Assembly: GCF_018350175.1 (NCBI RefSeq)
Contig: NC_058368.1
Location: forward strand, 196,480,001 to 196,544,000
From: Felis catus
Lineage: Eukaryota
Length of the DNA stretch: 64,000 nt
Direction of reading: 5' to 3'
The position numbers and the translations under genes were made by a program. The notes below the pieces were generated by a model. That model did no database searches. It was not told the origin of the DNA and saw only the letters and a list, made by a program, of their open reading frames with translations. Shown in pieces: positions 37,843-52,191 of the stretch (positions are counted from its first letter, which is position 1; each line of letters starts with the position of its first letter).

Positions 37843-39627
37843 CTGTGGATCAGAACCAGTGATTTAGTGCTTTTCTATAAAACCTCACACTCCTGAGGGC
37901 CTGTGTCCTGAAAGAGCTTGAGGAAACAGTTTCCCAGGGACTCTGTAGAGCCACACTCCATGTGAGCTCTAGGATGCTAGTCAGCAGTCACCAGCCCGCC
38001 AAAAGTTTAAATGTCACTTTCAAGTCCAGGGTTGCCACATTCTTCTGTGCAGCTTCTAACACTGCATACTAGAAACACTGTGAATCGGATTTACAACTGC
38101 TACCAAGTGAGAAAAACTTATAATAGTCATATACCACACAAATATGTGGTTGAATAATGTTGGCATAGAAAGAACTCGAAAAGATTGTTCACTAAAATGT
38201 CACAGGTTGAGAGGAAGATCGTGACTTTTTCCCCTTTCACCACTATCTATGAACTTTTCAAATGCTCTATACTATTAAAGAAAAAAAAGATGAAGACAGC
38301 ATTAGTAATTATTCTGTAATACCGAATTTAAGTTGATATTCAGAACATAAAATTTCATGTAACTTAACCGGCCTAAGACTAGCAAAAGGACTTGCAACTT
38401 TTAACAAATACCCAATGTTACCAGTCAAAAGGAAACTATTTACAGAGAAGACTGGGAGTTTACCCAAGTAAAGGGACTCTAAAGGCTGGAAATCTACAAA
38501 GCAGAAAAGCAGACTAGATCCTTCTAGATCTAAATCACACATGCATCCAGTGCTGACACCACATCTGGGTGACAGATCAGCCTTCAAAGTAAAAGCCAGT
38601 TGATACTCTATTTGGGGCAAATCTGGAACAAAGGGAGTTGCCTGGCAGAGCACCCTGCAAGGGAGAAGGCAGCCCGAGTTTCCTATTCCATTTTGGTCTA
38701 ACAGGGTTTTTGAACTACAGGCCACAAAATCCACTGACAGGTCATGAAATTAATTTAATGAGTTGAAACCATTTCCATTTGCAAAATGGAAAATACCAAA
38801 ATAACCACATATAGTAAGGGCATAGCTTCCTTATTCTTTTCATGTATACAGGTATGGATGTTTACTGGGCTGTGATGTAAAAATGTGTTATTGCAGGTCA
38901 TGGCCCAAAAAAAGAAGTCTAGTAAAAAAATGCTGATTTAGGGAATTTTGATAATAACTATTCTGGTCACATATGGATAAAAAACCAAAAAAAAACCTCT
39001 AGCATTAATATGAATGGACTGTACTGGCTACAAACTAGAACGTGAAGAGCCATGATTTTTGGTTTTAAAAAATTATATTAAAAAAATGCCCACAAACCTA
39101 GGAAAAGCCTCAGAGGCTGAATGGGCACAGAATGCCAATAATAGTTAGTTCTGGGTGGCAGGATTACAAGAGACTGACTTTCTTTCTGCCTTACTGAATT
39201 CTCTGTATTTTCTACAACAACCGCGCGTTCATTTTCTCAAGAGGCTAAAAAAACAAGACAACTAAATGCAGTATCTAATCCTACAATGAACCCTCTACTG
39301 GAGTGCAAAAATGCTATAAAGAACATAACTGGGTAAAATTGTCGAAACTGGAATACAAATGACAGACTGAAGTATTGTATCAATGTTTCAGTAACAGAAT
39401 ATCCTTATTCTTAGAAAATGCACACTGAAGTATTAAGAAGCAAAAGGCCATGTAACTTTCCCTTAAATTACATGTACTTTTGAAACATACATGAGCACAA
39501 ATGATGAAGCAAAATGGGTGATACCTTACCAATAAGCAACTATGAGTGAAAAGTACATGGGTACTTTCTTTGTACTGTCTTCACTCTTGCAATTATTTTC
39601 CTAAATTTTAAATTGTTTCTAAATTAA

Positions 39628-39828
39628 GGGACGCCTGGGTGGCTCAGTGGGTTAAGTATCCAACTTCAACTCAGGTCATGATCTCACAGTTCATGAGTTA
39701 GAGCCTTACATTGGACTCCTTGCTGAGGGTGCACAGCCTGCTTGGGATTCTCTCTCTCCCCCTCTCTCTCTGTCCTTCTCTTTCTATCCCTTCTGCACAC
39801 TCTCTCACAAAATAAACTTAAAAAAATT
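39628..39828 (+). mobile_element. Can-SINE
   Basis: gggacgcctgggtggctcagtgggttaag head, CT tract, A-tail. Confidence 0.9.
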
Positions 39829-40042
39829 ATTTCCAAGTCAAAAGTTTAAACGTGCATTCATTTTATAATAAGAAAAAAAGTAAGTAAAAGTAAGTAACTC
39901 ATTCATGCTCAACTTCATTCCAGAGGTCACTTTCCAATGTAATAGGCTTCTGCCTATGGCTCTGAGACACTAAATAGAAGCCCTGTTCTCGGAGCAGCAG
40001 GCCTGCCCCCAGGATGCCCTACCTCTGGAAAACGGGTCTTAC

Positions 40043-40140
40043 CTTCACTTCGCTGCTGTGTGATGACTGTTGGATTGGCTGGCCCAGCTGCTTCAGCGTG
40101 CTTGGCTTCAGGCCACAAGTCCTCACAGAGGGGGTTTTAT
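40043..40140 (-). CDS. HMGXB3: HMGXB3 exon 9
   Basis: tctcag|ATAAA...GTGAAG|gtaaga; 98 nt; KTPSVRTCGLKPSTLKQLGQPIQQSSHSSEVK. Confidence 0.94.
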
Positions 40141-40280
40141 CTGAGACAATCAGAAGTCAAACTGGTGACTTAAATGCATTCAGAGTCCCCCTCATTCTCT
40201 CAGCTCCATTCTCAACAACCCCACTGCTGTCCCCTTCCTATCTGACAGCTCCCCGCTCCCGGGTTTGTCCCAGCCCTTAC

Positions 40281-40456
40281 CACTCAGGGGAAAGGCCTGC
40301 CTGGCCCTGGACAGTCCCATGCTGTTGCCTCGGCCCACATTAGATGGGGCTGGGAGGATTGCTCTCATGGGTCTTGCCGCAGCCAGTAATGAGGGCTTGC
40401 CCCGAGCTTTGCCCTTAAGCTCAGGGGCTCTGAGCCCAGGGGTGAGCGGGTCAACT
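40281..40456 (-). CDS. HMGXB3: HMGXB3 exon 8
   Basis: T28-ccag|AGTTG...GAGTG|gtaagg; 176 nt; VDPLTPGLRAPELKGKARGKPSLLAAARPMRAILPAP... Confidence 0.95.
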
Positions 40457-41177
40457 CTGGAAAAAAAAAAAAAAAAAAAAAAAAAAAAGAAGGGAAACCT
40501 AAAAATTCTGGACCAAGTGGAAGAAACCAAAGCACAATCTCCAAATAGCATTTTAGCAGAGGGACAGTGTAGTAAACTCAGGGTAGATTATTTCAGGGGT
40601 CATTACGAAGATAAATACAAAATAGCGCCCACTGTGAGGAATACAAACAGCTAGTGTAGTTATAATATCTGATCTGCGTCTAATTAGTATTTAAAGTATA
40701 TCAGTCTCCCAGATGAGGGAGGCTAAAACACCCGCAGAACAAAATCCACATTTTCTTGCAGGTCCAATGCTGAGCACAGAGCCTACATCACAGAAGGCTC
40801 TTGTCAAGTGACACGCTTGCCTAAAACGAACAGTCGACACTACACAGCTTCGTGCTCTAAAGATACAGAACCATCCCAAAGTATACTATAAATAAAAACA
40901 GGCAAGATGTAGAGATACATAAGTTATGCTACCATTTGCATAAAAAAAGGTAGGAAAAAATATATATACACATACACATATTTGTAGTATATGTCTAAAA
41001 TTATCTCTGAAAACAGAAATTTGAGAAAACGGGTTGTCTGGAAAATGGAAATGGATGACTTAAGGATAGGCTAGAAGAGATTTTTTTCAGTGTATATTCC
41101 TTATACCCTTTGAGTTTGAATCATGTGAATATATCTCCTATTCAACAATAAACAATTTTAAATCAAATAATAGAAAC

Positions 41178-41387
41178 CAGAATTTCTAAGCCTTGGCACT
41201 ATCGACATTTTGGGCTGGGTAATTCTTTGTAGGAGCCTGTCCTGTGAATGTTTAGCAGTATCTCTGGCCTCTACCAACAAGATGCCTGCAGCACCCTTCT
41301 CCCCCACAGTTGTTAACAACCAAAAATGTCTCTAAACATTGCCACAATGTCCCCTGGGGGCAAACTGCTCCCCATTGAGAACCACTA
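41178..41387 (+). mobile_element. MER20-like hAT DNA-transposon fossil
   Basis: ccttggcactatcgacattttgggctgg...acaaccaaaaatgtctctaaacattgcc...ttgagaaccact matches MER20 as I recall it. Confidence 0.8.
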
Positions 41388-42070
41388 ATATAAACAAATA
41401 AGGGCCTTTAGTTACAAGACCACAACTGCCTCTGGGAAGGGGCCACATGAAAAATGCAGTCAAGCCTTTCGGGAGGGCATGGGGAGGAAAAATAGCCCAT
41501 ATTTATGGACCACCTCCTATCTGCAATGCACTGGGCTATGCATGCTTCACACACAATCTAAAGTCTATGAGGTCAGCCATTAAGGATTAGATTTTTCTAA
41601 TATCCAACTCAAGATTTTTCAGAGGAAAGAACGGGTATGAGGTGACTATGCGCAAGGTCAAACAGAAGTCAGAGACAGATTACAACCAGAACTGAATTCT
41701 CTGATCACCAGGACAAGAATCTTTCTATACCTTGATAAGGCTTCTCTTTCCAAATCTACTATCCAGGATTGGATACTAGCTTCTAACACTGGCCTCAGCC
41801 TGTACCAACAGGATCCTAGCAAGTGCTTCTGGGAAAATGACAAGAAGGGATGCAAAGGAATGTGCCAGCAACGCACAGACAGCAGAGCGTAAGAGGAAAG
41901 GCAAATCATTCTGTGGCTCTGGGGCTTAGTTTCCATATCTCTAAAATAGGAAACATTAATTGGGCTCTGCTGCCTCTCTCAGTAATGCTAATAACGACAT
42001 AAAACAAAACAAGGAACATTTCCCAACCTGCTATTCTAAAAACAATCCTGTAACATATAAACACATTTAC

Positions 42071-42489
42071 CCTGCAGGCTTTTTGGGAGCAGGGAGAGGA
42101 CTGGAGGTGCTGGTCCTCTCAGCTGGTGGTGGTATGTCTGGTCCTGGACTGTCATTCTCAGTTGTCCCCAGAGAGACCTCAGGCGGCACACCGTTCTTGA
42201 CCACCGGCGTCTTCGTGGCTGCCGTACCACGATTCCCAGGAGCTTCCTTGACCAAAACATGGGCATCTGAGATGATCACTTCCTCCCACTCATTCTCCTC
42301 ACCCACTTCTCTCGGAGGAGCTACACTTAGGAGCTGGCTTACAGCTTCTGAGTTCTCCAGAGTCAGTTTGGAGGCATTTTCCTTAGAGGAGTTTTGCTCA
42401 GTGGTGACAGGCTGCTGATTTCTTTTAACCACCGAACCTTTGGAGGAGACACCAGGAGCCAATTCCACTTTGACTTTGGCTGGCTTTTC
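42071..42489 (-). CDS. HMGXB3: HMGXB3 exon 7 (low-complexity, probably disordered)
   Basis: ttttag|GAAAAG...GCAGG|gtaaat; 419 nt; EKPAKVKVELAPGVSSKG...NEWEEVIISDAHVLVKE...PAPKKPA. Confidence 0.95.
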
Positions 42490-44610
42490 CTAAAAAAAAT
42501 AAGAATGCCTGTAGGCATCTGGCATTTCACAGTGGACAACACATCACAAATCTTTTCTCGTTTGCTCCTCACAACAACAACGTATGGGCAACAGACTAGG
42601 AAACTGAGACCCAGAGGCAGGAACAGGCTAATGTCAGGCGTCAAGACAAAGCTGGCCAGAATCCAAGTCTTCAGACTTCAGGTCCCCTTCACTACAGTAT
42701 TCAACACCCAGGTTAGCATACAGCTGTTCTAACAAATTTCTCATTGATAGCCTCTTTAGGTTTCAGCAAATGAAGCTGGCATTTTGAACCTGACCTTTGT
42801 TCAAAGCCTGCTTCTCTAGGTCTAGAAAGAAGCTGATATGTTGCCATATTTGGGCCCAGAAGTCCCAAGCTCTTTATCTTGGTGTTCCCTTTATCCCAAT
42901 GCAGTCACATCTCACATGATGAGACTCAAAAATTCCAATTCTGTTAGGGAAAACTCTATCTTTTGTCCCAGATTCTTTCAGGTGAGTCTTAAGGCTGGCT
43001 TACACACACGCCACAAACTTCTCACTCAGTCAAATTAACTCATACGTATATTAATTACTTACTAGAAAATATTCAAACTCACTATAAGTCCCAGCCACTA
43101 TTTCAGGTCAGCCTACTTTAAAAATTCCTTGGTGCCTTAGCTTTTATGCTGTGGAAATATACTATTATTTATACACACACGTACGTACATACACATACAT
43201 TTACCTACACACACAAGCAATTTTTTTAAAACCACGGTCGTCTCAGGAAGGTTCTTTTAACTCCATGTGAATAGTGAAAAGTGCTATAAATGAAGAGATA
43301 TAAACATAGAAGCTGGGTTCTATCTAGGTTGTGCTCCACATCTAATGACTTATGTCACCTCAGACAACCTTCACCTGAACTCTCACTTTGCTACCATGAA
43401 ACAAGAGGGTCGGCCTCTCACCATTCGTCAACAGCAGTACAACAGTCTTTCGGGGGGCTCAATTCATGGTGCAGGATTCCCCTGCATGCTGCAGAAGTCT
43501 AGCATCTGTGGCTGATGTTATTACCGTTTAGTATTCTCTCCCAGTCACAGACTACCAAAACGCCTTCACTTCCAAAGGGGCCTGGGCAGCACACTGCCTC
43601 TGGTTAAGAACCAACATAGATGACCTAAGAAATCTCCTGTAAAGCATTCTCCGATTCTCTAACACACAGTAAGTGTGACTTTATTAGACTTATTAGACTT
43701 TAATAAGTCCGTGAAGACAAGTTAAATACAGAGAAAAATTCCTAGTAAACTGCACTGAGCTTACTGACTGCTGGAGAGGGAAAAGTTGGTAGAAAAACAA
43801 GAGACAAGCTAAATCTCTGCAATGAAATCTCTGAGCAAAACACTGCCCACTAAGTAGGCTGTTGCAGATAAAAATTCTCTTCAGGGAGACTGAATAATTT
43901 AAGGAATCAGAGCAAAATAACTAGCTAATGAGCTCACATTTCCTTAACTCAGCCTACCCTTTTGAGATTTCACTTTCTTTCAAGATAGAAGGTAAATACC
44001 ACCAGTTGCCTGCTCAGAGACCTCAATTACCACCATCAGAGAGCCAAAGGAGTGAGGCCTTGGGCTACAGAGCTTTATATACTATCTTTTGTTCCATCCA
44101 ACTCATTGGGAACTGTGCCAAACGTTTCTTGGGCTAATTTTAGCCAGTATGAAACTCTGGAACAATACAAGAAAAGGTGAGTCATTTCCTGACAGGCATG
44201 AACACATTTGGAGCTTTTAGAAACTATTTATACTTGCAGCTTCAAAAATCAGAACTCCAGAAATCTTAAAATTCTGCAGCTAAACAGCATAGCAATGCCT
44301 GAGAAGTGTGATTTAGTGGAAAAGCACTGACATAATTAGCTACATGAACTTAACAAGTCACTTCTCTTGAATCTATCTTTCCTCAACTAGAGACTTGGAA
44401 ATTGAACTGCCTGATAACCAAAGTCACTTCTTCCCCTAAAATTCCAAGTGCACTGATGCTAAAATGTTACCCTTTTTTTTCTTATACTCACTCACTCTGA
44501 TCCTATGAAATTCTGAAATCATAGTATTTACTCTTTACATGGCAATTCTATAAAAACCTCTGGAGAAAAGAATCTGACTTAACAAATCAAGATGGGGGAC
44601 AAGTACCTAC

Positions 44611-44831
44611 GGGCGCCCGGGTGGCTCAATCGGTTAAGCGTCCAACTTCGACTCAGGTCATGATTTCACAGTTCGTGGGTTTGAGCCCTGCATCAGGCTC
44701 TGTACTGATGGTTCAGAGCCTGAAACCTGCTTCAGATTCTGAGTCTCCCTTTCTCTCTGCTCCTCCCCTGCTCACACTTTGTCTCTGTCTCTCTCTCTCA
44801 AAAATAACCATTAAAAAAAAATTTTTTTTTA
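44611..44831 (+). mobile_element. Can-SINE
   Basis: 17-bp TSD aagatgggggacaagta (44589-44605, 44832-44848). Confidence 0.92.
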
Positions 44832-45691
44832 AAGATGGGGGACAAGTAGCTAATAATAAAAATTTGATTTCACAACGTGAATTTGCTCTCAGAAAGAGAA
44901 CCATGGCTCAAGTTATTTCAATCAAAGGAGGGAAAAAGACATAAATGAAAAAGAAAAAAAGAAAGCCAAAGTAAAAAGAGAACCTGAAGGAGACAAGGCT
45001 ACAGAATGAGTTAGACTCTTCCATAAAAAAGCATCAGAAATAAGGTCATGTGACAAACCTGCTGTGCATCTGTAAAGAAGGGTCAAGGAGGAGTCCAACT
45101 ACCCTATTCAATCTCCCTACTGCAGATGAGGAAGTACATTTTGGGGAGGATAATTAGGATGGGAGGAAACTGAATGGCTGCACAGCAGCACAAGACAGAT
45201 GGTGAGCACAAGAAACTCAACAAAATCTGAAACACACAAGCACTGGGCCCTTCCTGCCCTGAGAACTGATAGTGTAAAAAGCAGTAATAGAGACTGTAAT
45301 TCTATTACTGCCAATAATGATAGCAGTGACCTCTTGCTGAGGATTTAATCTATACTAGGAATGCACCATCCACTTTACAGGGATAATCTCATTTGATCCA
45401 TCCAAAAACCCTAATGAGGTAGGCACTATTGTTCATTTCCATTTACAAATGAAAGAAAAACCAAATCAAGAATAGACATAAAATGACTTGCCCAAGATTA
45501 TATAGCTAAAATCCTTGAGAGACAGAAGTTCAAACGGAGAAAAGCAGACTCCAGACGTGTACTTTTTTTTCTTATCCTCCCAAAGACACTCTTCTCTCTA
45601 ACACTCTGGAAATTTCTAGGGTTTTAGGAACTCAGTGCCAGGAATCCGGTACAGAGATCAAATACCTCTTTCTTTCTTTCCCTTTAGAAGT

Positions 45692-45832
45692 TTATGTATT
45701 TATGCGTTTACTTATGTATTTATGTATGTATGTACATACATACATAGTCTCCACACCCAATGTAGGGCTCAAACTCACGACCCCGAGATCAAGAGTCTCA
45801 TGCTCTCCCAAATGAGCCAGCCAGGCACCCCC
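45692..45832 (-). mobile_element. Short, older tRNA-derived carnivore SINE with (TATG)n tail
   Basis: gggctcaaactcacgaccccgagatcaagagt...gagccagccaggcacccc; flanked by agaagt. Confidence 0.8.
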
Positions 45833-46872
45833 AGAAGTGTATTTTTAAGTATTAACTTATTCTGTCTCCTGGAATTAGTGATGCCCTGAACTCCCAACAT
45901 TCAGCCAGAGGGCAAAAGTCACCATCCCAGTATTTTTCAGAGATGTTCTATGGAAACTGCCCCCAAGGAACTTAAAAGGTATGGCACTATAGAATTTTTC
46001 TCTATACAGATAAATGTGGACCCTGCTGAGCTAGACACCTAACAAACACAAACCTAGCCTAAGTTATTGTCACAAAAACAATGCTCTCTCTTTCCTTTTC
46101 TACCTACCCAAATTCCAGTGATCCTTCAAGACCATCTCCTCTATATCCCATCCTGGACGATTCTAGTTCTTTTGACCCTAAACAATTTACAGTCTCATAC
46201 AAAAATGTGACAAGTTATGTATGATTTATATAGTCAATATGAAGTATAAAACAAGTAACAAAGCAATGTGTTGAACTGAACTTCACAGGGGCACAGCTCT
46301 GATGCTCATTTATTTATCAAGCATCAATTACTTAGAAACAGAGACAGAAGTATACATTTGGAGAGTTAACTATGAAAGACCTAGATATCTGGTTAAGGAC
46401 CTCTACTTTTAATAGCAGCTATAGGATACTGAAAGGACTTTGAGCTAAAAAGTGAGCAGATGTGAGCTACGCATCTGAGTAACTAAGCAGCCAGTGTGGA
46501 GGGTGGATTGTTAAAAATTTAACAGGAAATGAATAAACTGACATAGTGTAGTCATTCATAGGAAGTTATAAAGCAATTAAAGATAATGGTCTTGAATATT
46601 TAATGGCATGATATGTGAAGTAAAAAAAAAAAAAGGTCAAGCTACAGAACTTGTGTATTCACAGAAAAAAGACTAGAAGAAGATACAACAAAATGTTAAT
46701 AATGACTTTTCTTTGGATGGTGTAAGATTATGGATGACATTTTATGAAAATGACTTACTTGTATAGTCAGAAAGTAAAAACAAATATTTATTTTTTAAGT
46801 CCTTTGCTCTAAAGGGGAACAGGGAGCCTACTTTATGGGGTTTCCAAAGCAGCAATGGCCAATGGACCTTAC

Positions 46873-47004
46873 CTTTGGGATCCACTTCCCTCCTAGGAAG
46901 TTACCACAGATAGGGCACTTGGGTGGTTTGTGCCTGGTGACATAGGTAAAGGAGCAACCTGGGCTGGTGCATGTCCCATGGCCCCGGCGGGTGTATGTAG
47001 TGGT
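46873..47004 (-). CDS. HMGXB3: HMGXB3 exon 6 (first C4 zinc-binding-like module)
   Basis: ttacag|ACCACT...CCAAAG|gtaagg; 132 nt; TTTYTRRGHGTCTSPGCSFTYVTRHKPPKCPICGNFLGGKWIPK. Confidence 0.96.
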
Positions 47005-49012
47005 CTGTAAGGAAAAGAGTGGGTCAGAATCAACACCACAGCGCAAGCCCTCTCAGATCCTGAAGACCATTGTAAGCACAAAACTGCCAGGAGGATACCA
47101 GTTTGTAGAAGAATAGCCAATTCGTGGTATCTTAAATGGTCAGAATTGGAAAGGCTCTAAGATACAATTAGTTCACTTTTGAGAAATGAAGAAACTGGGT
47201 TCAAATGAGGAAAGACAGCTGCCTAGGATTACACAGGTATCAGAAGAATAGACACAGCAATAACTGCTACTAATTAATGAAGCACCACACAGCGCTGACC
47301 GCTTTACCAATATCTCATTTAACGCTTTCAGCAATTCTATGAAGTAGGTATTTGTAACTACTGAGGTTCAGAGCAGTTAAATGCTTTACCTCAAGTTGTA
47401 TAGTGAATCTAGGGCACACCTAGACTTAGAACCCAGAGGTCTTTGATTCTTGGTCCTAGATTCCTTCCACGCACGTGGCTGCACACTACAGCCCTAAATA
47501 CTTCGAAGAATTTGCTTCCTCTTCATTCCTGTTAGTTAAAAATCAGAGAACCTAGGACTTAGGGTTCAGAGATATAAAAATAGAGTATGGCCACTTAAAA
47601 AAAAAAAAGGGAATTCCAACAGAAATCAAGTCCTTTGATATGCAACTGAATTTAATTATCGGCATACGAATATATTCAGCTACTGGCTCTCACCATCTCC
47701 AATGATTTCCCTTTGAACAGCATGATTACAATGGGTTTTTATTTTCGGCTACAAATAGAAATTAGCCAAGCTCCATTTCTTGATTAATGCCGCAAAGGAG
47801 ACATTTTCCTGTCAGATTTGTTGTGTCTTACAGATGTTTACTCAGATATTAATCCCATTTTTCCTAGCCTGGCCAAAAAGCAAAAACCTCCCTTGGAGAA
47901 ACACCAAGCTGCCACTAGGCTACCTGTGCCAGAATGCCTAGGGAAAAGGTGATTCTAATAGTAGCAAGTCAAGGTTGAGGGTGAAGTAGTGTGGTAAGAG
48001 GGAAAGAGACCGGGTTTCAAGTTCCAACTCCACTACTGACACACGGGATGACCTGGGGGTAGGTCACCTTATCCCCTCTTCTGTAAAATCACCTGCCCTT
48101 CCTATTCTTCCTATTTCATGGATATCTCTTGAAAAACAAATGAGGTAAGAAATAAGGAAACATGTCGCTCAGTAAACTGTAGAAGATTCTATAGGTTTGT
48201 GAGAAATTATTATTACTGGGATATAAAACTTCTCTGATCTTCACTCCGACTGTGGCTCCATACAGAATATTCATTCTGAATACCACCAGAAAGCAGAGTA
48301 AAAATTTAAGTTAGGTCAGTTCTATAAATAAATTCCCATGAACTTGGAAAGACTCCTAAACAGCAGCTTATAGAAAGAACTTTAGGAAAAAAAATGCTAG
48401 TTTTCAAGGCTGGTGTTTCATTCTTAAGTATTATCTATAAAAGCTTTTCTGGAAGAGTCTGGCTGACACTTATTAAATTATGAGAGAATAACAATTTCCA
48501 GGAAAGCAAAGGCTCAGGCCTTTGAATTGGGTTGCAGGGGTTGTTCCTGTTTAAGATACAACTTTCTCATCTAAAAATATATTGTTTATCCAAAGTTTTA
48601 GAAGATAGACCGTGATAAGTTACAATGTACAATATTAATCCTAAAAAGCCACCATAATAACTAATACAAAGTTAACGGCTAGTAAGCCAATAAAGGAGAT
48701 AAAATGGATTCATCAAAAACATCCAATTCAAAATAAAGCAAAATTAAACAGAATAAAAAAACAGTAAAATGACAAATTTAAACTTAAACATATAATTAAT
48801 CACATTAAATGTATATGGCCCAAATACCACAATTAAAAAATAGAAGGTTGTCATAAAGTCTTGCTCTTAGAGCCAAACTATATACTGCTGCAAAAAAAAA
48901 AAGTACTTTAAATACAAAGATAAATAGGTTAAAAGTAAAATGCTGGAAAAAGGTAAAACTTGCTAATAACAACAATGCAAAGAAAGCTCAATATTCAAAT
49001 TTCAGACTGACA

Positions 49013-49240
49013 AGGCATCTGGGTGGCTCAGTTAAGCATCTGACTCTTGATTTCAGCTCAGGTCATGACCCCATGGTTCCTGAGATCGAGCCCTCTGTCG
49101 GGCTTCACACTGACAGTGTGGGGCCTGCTTGGGATTCTCTCCCTCCCCCTCTTCCTCCCTACCCACCACTGCTCATGTGTGCACACACACACACACACAC
49201 TCTCTCTCTCTCTCTCAAAATAAACATTAAAAAAAAAGTA
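49013..49240 (+). mobile_element. Can-SINE in L1
   Basis: Head, (CA)n(CT)n tract, A-tail. Confidence 0.9.
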
Positions 49241-49755
49241 AATTTCATAGCAGACAATATTGCCAGAGATAAAGAAGGTCATTTCATAATGATGAAGGGG
49301 TCAATTTACCAAGAAGACATAACAATCCTAAAGGTTTAAGTACTTAATAAAAGAGTCAACATATGACACAAAAATTAATAAAGATGGAAAAAGAAATAAA
49401 TACTATTTATAGTGATAGGTGGATGTCTTTTCTTAATAACTGATAAAACAAGGCAACAGAAAATCATTAAGGATGTAAGAGTTGAATACTATCAATCAAC
49501 ATGACCTAATCTGTGTATAATATTCCACTCAAAAGCAAAATACACATTCTTTTCAAGTGCACACAGAACATTTATCAAGACAAACCATAACCTGGGCCAT
49601 AAAATAAGTCTCAATAAATTTAAAAGGATTGTCTTACAAAATACAAAGTTCTGACTATAATGGAATTAAATCAGAAATCAATAAAAGACAAGATATCTGA
49701 AAACTCCCAAATATTTGGAAAGCAAATAATATACTTTTAAATAACTTCTGGGTCA

Positions 49756-49966
49756 GGGCACCTGGGTCGCTCAGTCGGTTGAGCGTCTGACTTCGGCTCA
49801 GGTCATGATCTCGCAGTTGGCGAGTTCGAGCCCCGCGTCGGGCTCTGTGTTGACAGCTCGGAGCCTGGAGCCTGCTTCAGAGTCTGTGTCGCCCTTTCTC
49901 TGCCCCTCCCCCGCTCATGCTCTGTCTCTGTCTCAAAAATAAATAAACATTAAAAAAACTTTTAAG
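49756..49966 (+). mobile_element. Can-SINE in L1
   Basis: 14-bp TSD taacttctgggtca (49742-49755, 49967-49980). Confidence 0.92.
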
Positions 49967-50414
49967 TAACTTCTGGGTCAAAGAATAAGTTAGAAGTATT
50001 TTGAACAAAATGAAAATGAAAGTATATCAAAATTTGTGGGATGCCACTAAAGTAGTGCTTAGAGGGAAACTTATAACACTAAGCACCTATATTAGAAAAA
50101 AAAGGTCTCAAATCAATGACCTCAGCTTCTATCTTAAGAAACTAGAAAAGAATAAATGAAACCCAAAGTAAGAAGAAAGATAATAAAGACCTGGGCAAAA
50201 ATCAGTGAAACAGAACATAGAAAAAACAATAGAGAAAATCAATGAAACTAAAAGCTGGTTCTTTGAAGGTCAATAAAATTGATAACCTCTAGTCAGGCTT
50301 GTTGGGGGGGGGGGGGGGCGGGGCGGAGAGAGAGAGACCCAAATTTCTGCTACCAGTGATGAGAGAAGTAAAAGCAGTAGAGTCTATAGATATTAGAAGG
50401 ATAAGCATTCTTCA

Positions 50415-51000
50415 GCATTTTAAACACAGAATTACCACATGATCCAGCAATTCCACTCTTAGGTGTATACCCAAAACAACTGAAATCAAGGACTCAAGCA
50501 GACACTTATCCACCAAAGTTCACAGGAGCAATATTCACAACAGCCCAAAGGTGAAAACACACTAGATGTCCATCAATGTTTAAGAATGGATAAATATAGC
50601 ATATACACACAATGGAATATCATTCAGCCATAAAAAGGAATGAAATTCTGATACATGGTACAAGATAGGTGAACCTTGACAACATTATGCTAAGTGAAAA
50701 AAGGAGAGACCATGAGGACAATATTTGCATGACTCCAATTATATGAGGTACCTAAACCATGCAAATTCAGAGACAGAAAGTAAAATAGAGGTTACCAGGG
50801 GTCGCGGGAGGGAAGAAAGGAGAGTTATAGTTTAATAGGTACAAGGTTTCTGTTTGGGATGATGAAACTTCTGGAAATAGATACTGGTAATGACTCCACA
50901 ACAATGTCAATATACTTAATGACACCGAATTATACCCTTAAAAATGGATAAAATGATAAATTTTATGTTATGCCTACTTTACCACAGTTTAAAAAAAAAA
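50415..51000 (+). mobile_element. L1 3'-end fragment nested in the older L1 ORF2
   Basis: gaattaccacatgatccagcaattccactcttagg...ttttaccacagttt plus A-tail; host ORF2-like sequence resumes afterwards. Confidence 0.8.
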
Positions 51001-51111
51001 ATAAAGGAATGTTTCGAACAATTTTACATCAATAAATTTCACAACTTATATGAGATGAACAAATTCCCTGAAAGACGAACTACCAAAGCTCACTCAAAAA
51101 CAGATAATTTA

Positions 51112-51300
51112 GGGGTGCCTGGGTGGCTCAGTCGGGTGAGCATCCGACTCTTGATTTCCGCTCAGGTCACGACCTCAGAGCCCAAATCAGACTCTGCACT
51201 GAGCATGGGGCCTGTTTGGGATTCTCTCTCTTCCTCTCTCTCTCTGCCCCTCTTCCCCACTCATGGACGCGCTATCAAAATAAACATTTAAAAAAAAATA
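51112..51300 (+). mobile_element. Can-SINE in L1
   Basis: ggggtgcctgggtggctcagtcgggtgag head, CT tract, A-tail. Confidence 0.88.
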
Positions 51301-52191
51301 ATCGAAATAGTCCTATACATATTTTAAAAATTGGACTTGCAGTTAAAAATCTTCCCACAAAGAAGTCTCCAGGTCCAGAATGACTTCACCAGCAATTACC
51401 AAATGTTTAAAGAAGAAATAATGCCAATACTATACAAACTCTTCCAGAAAAATGAAGAGGAAAAAGTACTTCCTAGCTCTATTAGGTAAGCATTACCCTG
51501 ATACTAAAGCCAGATAAGCAATATACAAGAAAATTAGAGACCAACATCCTTCATGAATATAGACACAAAATTTCTGCGCAAAACTTCAGCAAAACAAATC
51601 CAACGATATGCTGGAAGAATAACACCTCAATGCCAAGTGGGGTTTATTCCAGGAATGTAGGGTTGGTTTAACATTTGAAAAACAATGAAATTAACCACGT
51701 TAACAAACTAAAAAAGAAAATCCCTACAACCATCTCAACAAACATAGGAAAAACATTTGACACAATCCAACATCCATTCCCGATAAAAGCTCCCAGCAAA
51801 TTAGGAATATAAGAGAACTTCTTAAATTTGATTAGGGTATCTTTGAAAAACCTATAACTAATATTACACCTAGTGGTGAAAGACTGAATGCTTTCCTCGT
51901 AAGACAAGGAACAAGACAAAGATATCTGCTCTCACCATTTTTATTCAATTATACTGGAGGTCCTAGACAGGGTGATAAGAAATAAGGAATCCAGATCAGA
52001 AAGGAGGAAATAAAACTGTCCTTATTCACAGACAACATGACCATCTATGTAGAAAATGCAACAGAAACTACAAAAAGGCTACCAGGAAACATGAGTTTAA
52101 CAAAGTTGCAAAATACAAATTTAATATACAAAAAAAATCAATTATATTATCATATACTAGTAGTGAACAATCAGATACTGAAAACAGTTTT

